64,000 bases of DNA, taken from the NCBI GenBank assembly GCA_028534125.1, contig CM052817.1, positions 42,596,001-42,660,000 on the forward strand, written 5' to 3'. Position 1 is the first letter of the stretch; each line of letters starts with the position of its first letter. This document shows positions 53,715 through 64,000 of the stretch, in pieces. The notes beneath the pieces were generated by a model that was given only the letters and a program-made list of their open reading frames with translations, ran no database searches and was not told the origin of the DNA. Source of the DNA: Lama glama. Taxonomy: Eukaryota. The position numbers were made by a program, and so were the translations under genes.

Positions 53715-54156
53715 GGATGCAGAGTTAAATCTGACTTCCAGATAAATGGCAAATAATTTTTAATGTAAGCTGTCACATTATTTGCTAAATCTGGCAAACC
53801 TAAATGAATGGATTAGAATGCATCAGAATCGACTACACAGTTTTTGTTTGTTTGATACACGTGTCCCTAACCCAGAACTTTACTATTCAAGGGTCGGGGG
53901 CCAGTAATCTAAAAATAAAAAATCCTTACTCCAAGTGACCACCATTAAGAGCTGCAAAATCTAGTATTTGGAAATTATCCTTCTGCAGTAGTACTACTCA
54001 CACTTTAATGTGCATAAAAATCAATCACCTTAGGATCTTGTTCAAATGTAAATTCTCATTTGTGAGGTGGAGTTGGGAGTTGAGGTTCTCCATTTCTTCC
54101 AGGCTCCACGGCAATACTGATGCGGCTAGTCCCTGGACCAAATTTCAGGTAGCAAG
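53715..54156. mobile_element. Cluster of hAT MITEs (MER33-like fragment, MER5-like copies)
   Basis: 'atttgctaaatctggcaaaccta' is the MER33 end. 'cactttaatgtgcataaaaatcaatcaccttaggatcttgttcaaatg...gctagtccctggaccaaatttcaggtagcaag' is MER5A-like. Confidence 0.65.
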
Positions 54157-57100
54157 AGAGTTCAGATGATTTCTGTTGTCTCTGTTAGGTTTCGAATTTG
54201 CTGATTCTATGATTCTTTTTTTTACATGTATTACCTCATTTTATCAAAATTTCATTTTCAAACAAGTGACAAATATTATGTAATCTAATTCTTACTTAGT
54301 GGATTGGAACCCAGATAATTCAGTACGGCATCATAATGTCAGACTTGCTCTGTTACTCTTGTCTTGACCAGTTGGTAACAACATAGTCCATCAGAAACAT
54401 CAGAACAATGTATCATTTTCACTTAAGAGATTTGTTTCTCGTCCATTTATTCATCTGATGAGCACTTACTGAATGCCTACTATGTGCCAGCCCTGTTGTT
54501 CAGTAAGGGAAACTCATCAGAGAAATCTATGAGCTGGATTTATCCAAGGTGGGAAGTTGGTCTGTGTTTCTGACATTGTAATACCATGGCTCTTTCCCAT
54601 CATCCTGATGGTCATCTTGCTCTCTCCTCAGAGCCTCTGTGTTGGAGTTTCTTTTTCGTCTGGATCTTTTTATGGTTGGCTCCTTCTCATCACTGAAATC
54701 TCAGGTCACAATGCCAGCTCTTTAGAGAGGGTTTCTCTGACTTGTCTGTCAAACACCCCTTGTCACTTTTTCATGTTAACATGTTTTCTGATCTGTAATT
54801 CTCTTATTTACTTATTTATGCATGTGTATAGTTATGTATCCATGCACGTATGCTTTATTTCCTAAACCCGACTCCATTAGCACATGACACTTGTGAACAA
54901 CCACCTTGTGTGTTTTGTGCATGTGATACACCACAAGTACTTGTAAATACGAGGAATGTCTTTTTTTAAATGTAAACCCAAAGCAACTGAAATTTACATG
55001 TGTGTAAACAGAAGTATAACTTTCAATGACAATAAGGTAATTTTTTCTAGAGTTTTGTTTCTTTACACAAACCCATCTGGAACATCTAGTAATCATCTAG
55101 TTCACTGCCTCACACTGGGAATTTGGATATATATTATTAGGACCATACACAAACAGAATTTATATTACATTGACCATGTATAAAATGCCTAATGCCATTT
55201 TAATTATTTTTTCTGACATTTTTCTAAATATTTCTGGAAATAGGAAATTTTAATCTAAGCCAACAAAGAGGTAAGAATGTTTTTCTTTATACCAAAATCA
55301 CTAGAATTAGATGTGGCAGAACAGAGGAATAGAGAGAGGAATAGAGACAGAAAGAGTGAGAGAGCAACAGAGAGTGATAAAGAGAGCAGTCCAACGTCAC
55401 TGACAACTCTCATTTTTAAATGGCAAGAATGAAAAAGTGTTAAACGCAGTCTTAGTAAGTGCAGTAAAGCAATGCATGGCTTAATTTTCACTTGGGAGTT
55501 TGCCCAATAGTTACATATATGTTTTACAAAATGTAAAAAGTCACCTTACGCTTTTTATGTCATGCATTTGGACACTAATGAGTATTTCTAGAATGAAGGC
55601 TATGGGTTTCATAATTAACTGACTAGACTAGAAGATCCCCTCATTATAATTTAGGATGTAATATACGGCAGTCACACTCCTAATTCACTCACACTGTCAC
55701 TTAATCAGAATCTCAAATCCTGACCATCAAGCTCCAGAAGCTATTGGCCTAATTATTGACCAGGCTGCCAAGAGTCACCCAGCATACTCTGGAAAGCTGA
55801 AACTCTATTATCAGTGTCTTCCAACTGTGCTCTGAATACATTATTGATTCTTTTAGCTGGAAGTTCTCCTGACAAGCTTATGTGTGCAATTAAGTGGATT
55901 ACATGGAACGTGTTAAATAGCCTAAGAACTTCTGGAAAGTCTTTGAGCACCAGCAGTGATTCACTCACTCAACTCACCCACTCACAGGCAGGACACAGGA
56001 AATTAACAGCAACCATACAACGTCCTATACTTCATGGGAGAGAAGCATTTCATGCGGCTGGCTGTCTCATGCTTTGAAAAAAATAAAAATAGTTTTGCCT
56101 GTAAGTCTCTGTTGTAACAGATGAAATACAGCCTGACACCACTGTGTACTGTACTAGTATATATGAAAAAAAGCATACACCAACTCAATTCTTACTACAT
56201 TTGTTTTCATTTTAAAATAGTATTTGATATTCAGCATTGTGCCTCCTCAGAAACCTTTTTTCTCTCTGCTTTCTAAATATTTTATTTTTTGTTTTTTAAT
56301 TTTTTTCTATTTTTTCTTTGCTTTCTAAAAATTTTAATAAATACTTTTACTCATTTCTGTAGATAATCACACAGTATATATCAGTAGATTAATATAATTA
56401 GGCAGTAGCAACATTAGAAATAAATGAGAACCTTAGTTGAGGATTTTGATATGACATAGTCAAAAGTTTTCTTCTCAGATCATCTTTTCTGTACCAAAAA
56501 GCAATCAATCGATCAACTACAATAAATCAAATTAAAATGAAAGTAAGTCTGACCTGTACGGTTAATTAAACACACACATACACCCTTAACAACAGCTCTT
56601 CAATTGTATACAGTGAAGTTCAAGGATTATGTGAAGAAAGCCTCACTGACACACATATGTAAGTTTTTAACAGGATCCATATAAAATATAAGATCTTTCA
56701 GCATTTTCAGGAACAATAACAATGTCTAGGGAAATAGAACTTGAAGCTGCCGCTGTTATTAAATATAAACATAAGACAGAAAGGAAGCCCTCGGAACATA
56801 ATGAAGTGGTTATTAGTGCTATTAGTGTGAAAGCACTGCTACTCTTTCTATGAGCTTTGGTGAACAAGTAAGAAGCATAGCAACCACAGCTGGCTGGAAG
56901 CCCCTTAGGAAAAAAAAAGAAGCCCTGAGAAAAATCTCATAACTTCTTTTTAGTTTACCTTTAGTTGTAAGTGAAATGGTGTGACATAGGATGAAAAACC
57001 AAGAAGATATTCGAATGATAACTAATAATTGCATCAATCATATTAAACTCAAATGTCTTAAGATTTGCCACTTGAGCAGTAGTTGCTATTGGAAAACACA

Positions 57101-58339
57101 GGATTGAGAGAGAAACCCCGACAACAATCTGATGACTTAACGTTGTAACTAGGGGGTAGCCCTTTCTTTAATGACCAAGACTGACTATGCTATTGGTGAC
57201 TCATAGCTTCCCTTCCCTGGTTCTCTGAACATTAGTATTAAGATAGTAAAAGAACCAGATTCTTCTCTCACCTATTCATAAAACACTTAATTGGTATTCC
57301 CTTAGTTGTCTTCAGTATTTCGTGTGAATATGCTATGATTAGAAAACCAGGATTAAGGATAAAAAAGTATCACATAAGCTTTTCTTGACAATCACCTTTG
57401 TATAAAAGTCTAATAGAATAATTGGTCATGCTATCATTTTTTTAAAAATTAATCCTCAATTTTACTTTATTTTTTAAAAGAAGAGGACTTCTACTTGAAA
57501 TAGAAAACAAGAAGTAGGTACTGGAAGAAGTTTGAGCCTACCTTGCTCCATCACTGGACTACAATCTTTGTTAGGGCAGGAAATAGGTCTCTCTTATTCA
57601 CACTGTATCCTTTAAGGGAAGATTTTAATACTAGGTGAAGTTCAAGTAAATAATTTTTGATAGTATCCTATTATATTGATACAAGTGAAATGAGTCACAG
57701 AGTTCTGCTTTTATAAACCTTTCTTTTATTAACTATGGTTTCTCACTGAATGAAGCTCCTGGGAATATTTTGCCATAATAAGCTTAAATTATATGCACTT
57801 TTCTGAAAATATATCCAAGGCATCATAGTTAAAAGCAGTACTTTTAACTTTTAGCAATATTGACATAAAAAGTGAACAAAATATTGGAAATGAAGGCATA
57901 TTGTTTGAGCTAAGTTAATAATGTCTCTACTTCCACTTACAAACTAAAAGGAAAACGAGTGTTGGAATGGAATGGAATGACTGAATCTTGAAGTTGGAAG
58001 AAAATGCATTCCGAGAGTCCTTCTCCCTTTGGTTCATGTGAGAATCCATCTAAGTCACACGAGGGATGTACACCCACTTTAAGCCCTCAGGAAACAATAC
58101 CCAGTATTCCTCAGTACCTACAGCAAGGTCTTTCAGACTACTACATAATCCACAGAGTGCACAGAGTTTTGTTGTAATGTCTATAGATCTACATTAGATG
58201 CAAAAATTAGATTTTTCACAGGCTGAATGAGCAGTCAAAATAAAATTATATAAAAACTGCATACTGATGTTTCATACAAAATATATCTTGTCACACATTC
58301 TGGTAAAAAGTCTAAAATCAACTTTCACTCTACATTCAT

Positions 58340-58510
58340 CACTTGTGGGACTCAAAGGAAGTCACAACCCCTGGGAGTATTATTCTCCTCATCTGCAAAA
58401 CGGTGATAGCTATACATGCAACCAGTGGATCGGCAGAAGATAAAGAGAGGTGAAAGATTTAGCACACAGCCTGGCATGAGGTTATATCTCAATAATATAT
58501 TGGTATTAAC
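58340..58510 (+). mobile_element. MIR
   Basis: 'tctcctcatctgcaaaacggtgatag...tttagcacacagcctggcatg...tctcaataa'. Confidence 0.7.
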
Positions 58511-58726
58511 TATTTTATTTAAAATTACTTTATTAATAACATTTCTAAAATTTGTATTTGGTATATTTTAGAAGTCATTTCTCTGAATATTTCAAGACAA
58601 ATTTTATTTGCTCCATATTACCTAGTGACTATAAGAACTGAAAAATGAAAACTTTCATGATCTTAAGGCAGTTCTGGAGAAAATAAATTACTTTTACAGT
58701 TGTTGATACTGTGCTGTATTAGCAAT

Positions 58727-59898
58727 TGATACAAAAAACAGCCTTACTGTTCCCCTTAGCTTGACTGAACTCCAGACAGGTTTCTTTCCAACTATAGGTC
58801 CCTGACCTCTTTTCTTAGAGCATTTACTTTAAAACTTGTCATTACAAATTATTTCTCTCCTTTTGAGATGTAGATCTTCTTCCAGCCTCTTGCCAGTTAT
58901 ACAACCCAAGATGTCTATCTCAAGAACTTAGAGCCATCCCTTTGAGATGTTATCACACTCCAATGTTCACAGCAGCACTATTTACAATAGCCAAGACATG
59001 GAAACAATTTAAATGTCCATCAACAGATGACTAGATAAAGAATTTGTGTTATTTATACAATGGAATACAATTCAGCCATAAAAAAGTAATAAAACACTGC
59101 CATTTGCAGCAACATGGATGGACCTGGAGATCATCATTCTAAGTGAAGTAATCCAGAAAGAGAAAGAAAAGTACCATATGCTATCACTTATATGTGGAAT
59201 ATAAGAAAAACACAAATTAACTTATTTACAAAACAGAAACAGACTCACAGACATAGAAGACAAATATGATTACCAGGGAGGGAAGAGGGTGGGAAGGGAT
59301 AGATTGGGAGTTTGAGATTTGCAGATACCAACTACTATATATAAAATAGATAAACAACAGACTTATACTATATAGCACAGAGAACTATATTCAATATCTT
59401 GTAGTAACCTTTAATGAAAAAGAATATGAAAACATTATGAATCAATAAAAAATGTAAAAAAAAAAGAATATGAAAACAAATATATGCACATATATGTATG
59501 ACTAAACTATTATGCTGTATGCCAGAAATTGATGTAACATTGCAAACTGACTATACCTCAAAAAAAAATTCATCTAAAGGAAATAAATAAATAAAATTTT
59601 TTAAAATGAAAGAAAGATAGGGCCCCTATCTCTCAGTCTCTTTGGGAGGGCAGAAACCTATAAGCACTAATTAGCAAACAAGGATGGCCTAATCACATGG
59701 ACCAAACTCACCATAATATCCCCCTGGACTTCCCCACTAGCTCATTCCAAGCTTACAAACTTCTCTGCCTTTTGTTTCAAAGGAGTTGAGTTCAATCTCT
59801 CTCTCCTAGTGGAATATTTTTGACCCCTACTGCAATAGTCTTGAATAGTCTTCCCCTTGCCTGTTTAACTCCATGCAGCTCCATTTTTTTCTTTAAAA
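58727..59898 (+). mobile_element. ERV1 LTR (MER67-like) split by an L1 insertion
   Basis: 'tgatacaaaaaacagccttactgttccccttagcttgact...gagccatccctttgagatgttatca' resumes after the L1 as 'aagaaagatagggcccctatctc...ggagttgagttcaatctctc'. Confidence 0.75.
58955..59608 (+). mobile_element. Artiodactyl/camelid L1 3' end nested in the LTR
   Basis: 'ccaatgttcacagcagcactatttacaatagccaagacatggaaacaa...gggagtttgagatttgcagatac...ttgcaaactgactatacctcaaaaaaa'. Confidence 0.92.
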
Positions 59899-62800
59899 GT
59901 GCCCTGAAGAACGTCTTTCAAACTATATATTGTAAAAGGGTGATAAAATCAAATTTTAAGGCTCTGAATAAAATTATTTTAACTTTTTTAGTGTAAAATA
60001 TACTTCATAAAATTAGAGCAAAAGATTTTACCCCTGAAAGATATTTCTATTATATAAAATTTAAAAAATCAAGATAGCACAACCAAAAAATACTAACTAC
60101 ATTATCTAATTACAAGACTACAAGATAACTTGTAGATAACTATAAGAATGTGGGAATTTATTTCACATTCTTTGCATAAATTTCCAAACACACTCAAGGA
60201 TTTGATTTTCTGCAAAGCTACAACAAAAGATACCTCCTAAACTTCATTCATTTTATTAATGAGGATTTTACTTATCAAGATATTAATATTTACTACTCAA
60301 TATAAATATTGAAATATTCTATCTAGAAATCATTTTCTCTCCTTTATTTTTCATTAACGAAAAACTCAGTACTTTCATTTTGTGCCTTTGCTATTTTGCT
60401 TTTGTTTTATCTTCCCCTTAAATTGTAGCAACTACAATAAAAATTCTTTAAATATACCAATATCACATGTATAATACAGCCACCTCTAACATATTGCCAA
60501 ATACAGCCATTCCTAACTTTTTAAATAGACATTATAATTTCCAAAATTTGTGGCACAAAAAATATCCTCATTATTTAGTTCTCATATGCAAAAACATCCT
60601 GGCCTTCTCTGGAACTTCGAGATGAAATTAACAATTGAGTCATGCTTGCTGCAGTGCCAACAAAAACCCAGGTTAGAAACTGCTATCCATAGAAGAATGC
60701 CACTACATTACAAATAGTTGGAAATCACTCTTTCCCTATGTAGAAGTGAACTTTTCCCTTTGCTTACTGCAAAATCAAGGATCCACGTTAACTTTTGACA
60801 TTAGTGTGGGTATTCATGGTCCTTCCTCATTCTTCTCAACTGTTTCAGTTTTGAACCAAAGGAAGCCTCTACTGCTTTTTTCCACTGATAGGAATTGAGT
60901 GAGCAAGTCCCAATTCTCCTCTAGGAATCATTTTCAGAATTCATATTTTTCCTCTTTCTCCTAACTTTTATCGTTATCAGGGAGCAAAGGAGAGTTATTT
61001 GTCCTGCTTCCATTAGCTTTTGATTCCCCAAAGTTTTCCATCATGGAAAACTATAGTATCTCTGATGTAGATCCAGTCACATTCCTGCTGTGAAGCCACA
61101 ACTAAATGGACCTGCACATCACACCCACACACACACCTCATTGCCATCCTTCTTTGTCTATTGTCAAACTGATTACTGCTCTGTTAATAGAGGAGAAAGA
61201 AGAGGGAAGCTATAAAGAGATACTAGGACACTCACTAGCCAGGTTATTTACCCAGTGAAGCTATACTTTTTGCTTTTTTTAATTAAAAGAAAGAGATCCA
61301 GGTACTAACTATGCAGAGACCAAAGGGATCTCATACTCTAAATCTCTAAATACTTAAGCAGATTTCCTCCTCCCTGACTCAACAACATATGCCAGTTCCT
61401 CCTTTAGCTCTTAAGAGCCGATTCTCTCCTGTGGCTTCAGAACACCCGAAGTCTCTGTGTGGTGATTAGCAGACTTCGTGCAGTCCCAGACCTGACTCCA
61501 ATCACTTTCTCCTTGAAAATTGCTGAACCTTGATGCAGTAGCACAGCACAGAGCAGGCCCTGTCACTGGGGCTTGGTCCTCATTACAGCCCAGAGACTTC
61601 AGGAGATTGCTTGCGTGGCTGGAACATCATCCTTGCGGGTGGCTAATTAGTGCTTCCCCGGGGCTTCTGCTTTGTGAATACTTAAGGGTAATCATCACCA
61701 GCTAACTGCATGGGGAGTGTATCTAAGCAATTTTACCAAGTCAACTGACAACAGCTTGAAGTAATATTAGCCCTGTTACATGAAGACAAGTACTCTCCAC
61801 CCAACGAAGACGGAGACTGGCACCACTCAATAAATCACTGCAGCATCCTTGAAAGCTTAGCATCAGTTCTAAGCCATTAATTTTCGCAAGGTCTTTTGAC
61901 AGGATGTTTTGAGAGCGTGAGAGCATGCATTGAAAGCATGCTCTTTCTTGGGCTAAATTATAAAGAGCAAATTCCTCCTAGTTAGCAACCTGGAAACCCA
62001 TTTAAGCACTAGGGTAATCAAATAAATCTTCTGACACTTTTTCTTTCAAAGGTTCTTATCACTCAGGATATGGAAAATAACTTTCCTTTAAATAAGAATA
62101 GAGTATAAATACCTATCTATGTAGCCTCTGCCTTCACAGAAGTATTGAAGTTTCAGAAACTGGAATCTGAACACTTGCATAGGACTAGATACACATGAAA
62201 GTTCCCTCTGTTGGGCAAACACGAGATAATACTATCAAAATTGCCACTTAATGACAAAATAAGTGCATTCAGAAAACTGAAAGAGAAATATAGGAGAATA
62301 AACTTATAGAAATTATATTAAGAATGTGATTACTAGTGAGAGTGGTATTACATGGGCAACAACCAATCAGAATCTTGCATTTGAGCGGTACATTTTGTTC
62401 CACAAACAATGAATGTCTTCTGTCAGCAGGTACTCTAATAGGTACTGGGATATACAACTTTTCAGGTATTATTATAGTAGAGGTGTTATTCCAGGAGGTC
62501 CCATGACAACCTTCTTTATAAAATAGCCAGTCTCTTATTTCATGAAACTTATAAAGAGAGTGACCAATCTTCCCATCATGAAATGGCTGAAAATTTGGGG
62601 GGAGAATGGGAAGGTTGTAAAGAAATTAGAGTAACAAGATACAAATCAATCTATGTATCAAAAAAGGATGAGAGGTGCTAGCTTTAGAGATTTAAAAAGC
62701 ACTAAGTACATATCAAAATAATTTACAAATGTTTTTATTTGAGAAAAGCTATGATGGACCTATAGCTATTTTTAAAGTGATTTAGGATCATTCATATAAT

Positions 62801-63304
62801 GCAAAAATGATATAAAACGTAAAATTTTTCTTTGAAATAGTATGTTCTGAAATTAAACAGAAATGTAATCAGTTTCAAATTCCAAACAAAAATAATAGAC
62901 TTTAGCATTCTAAGGAGTCTAAGAGCAGAAGAAACCAGACTGGAACAAAGGTGAGGGGAGAGACTGGCCAATCTAAGCAATATACAGCAATGTAGTGATG
63001 ACTGAAGTATGACTTTGAAAACTCTCTAGTATGAACACAGTACTGAGATGTGTATGCGGCTTTGGTGAACTTAAGATATCCACAAATATGATAAAATTAA
63101 GTTTATAAGATCATATTAAGTCATATTAAGACAGTAAAATTCTTGGGTACACAACCCAAAACTCATGAATAGGGGTTTTTTTCCCCAATTAAATGGTGGT
63201 TCCAAAATGCAAAGTATATAAATTAAATTATTAGAACAAATTTTAAATATAACAGTTTTGTTATTCTAACAAAATGGATTTAAAATTTCTCTTTAATCTC
63301 TTAC

Positions 63305-63397
63305 CTTTCAGATTTTTTTCTTTTCAGAAGGAAAAATAGTTTTGAATTTGTCATTTCTTCTTCAGATGCCAAATTAAGAAAGCTATCCTTCGGATTT
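63305..63397 (-). CDS. Candidate 93-bp internal exon of an unidentified minus-strand gene
   Basis: Minus strand: acceptor 'aagttttctgtttag|', donor 'aag|gtaaga'. Length is divisible by 3 and one frame is open (phase 2): NPKDSFLNLASEEEMTNSKLFFLLKRKKSE. I do not recognise the protein. Confidence 0.3.
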
Positions 63398-63715
63398 CTA
63401 AACAGAAAACTTTTGAACACAAAGGACAGGCATATTGCTTTATTTGTAAACTTTTTGCAAAGACTTCCTATAACACTTTCTTTACTATAAAGACATTTTA
63501 AACTAAGATAAATCCAAATTTGTAAATCAGTAACCAGACACTCCTTGATTCCCTGGTTAGTTGAATATTCAAGCTTTCAATACAATTGCTCATGTGTTGA
63601 TAACCTCTGGGATCTCTTCCATCTCCACCAATAATGCATAATGGGTACAAAATCTTTTAGACAAGTGAAGGTTCCTGTATTTCATGCTTTTTCTCTACCT
63701 ATATATTTTGTAAAT

Positions 63716-64000
63716 TGCGGGGGGCCACTCATGACCTGAGGACTGCCGAGCACAGAGGTTGGGCCTAAACTCCCACAGTGCAGGGCCTCAGGCTCTGAGA
63801 TTGATCTCTCAAGGACAATCTCTGTCCCGCCACCCCTTTGAGGAATGTGCCAGATGCATTAAGGCCTGAAGGAACATCCTGAGCTATCAAGTCACTAAGG
63901 ACCTTTGGAAGGAGAGATACAATCCGCATGCAAGTTAGTGATCTTAGCCTGAAGAACAATCACCTGAGATAATAGCACATGAGTCACGATGTTAGCTTAG
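63716..64000. mobile_element. Probable LTR (ERV-like), running off the window end
   Basis: Abrupt switch from AT-rich sequence to GC-balanced sequence starting with TG ('tgcggggggccac'). Family not recognised. Confidence 0.4.

Overview
AT-rich mammalian genomic DNA, almost certainly camelid: it contains a Vic-1-type tRNA(Ala)-derived SINE and artiodactyl-type L1 3' ends. There is one 100-N assembly gap (22465-22564). No intact multi-exon protein-coding gene is recognisable. Much of the window is interspersed repeats: old L1M/L1MB/L1MC/L1ME, younger artiodactyl L1s with clean TSDs, MaLR, ERV1 and ERVL LTRs, a decayed ERVL provirus, a Tigger1 deletion derivative, MER5/MER33, L2 and MIR. These alternate with repeat-free blocks that look like conserved non-coding elements. 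The main feature is a ~3.15-kb TSD-flanked processed pseudogene of PTPN20 (37779-40949, +) inserted into an L2. Its phosphatase domain stops just after the catalytic motif and continues into a 5'-inverted L1MC sequence, then AATAAA and an A-rich tail. This suggests a fossil of an L1-exonised, C-terminally truncated PTPN20 isoform. The + strand bias of L1s and LTRs, plus one clean 93-bp candidate exon (63305-63397, -), suggests the window may be intronic in a minus-strand gene. Repeat subfamily names come from recalled consensus sequences and boundaries are approximate unless TSDs are given. I found no evidence of a new multi-gene system.
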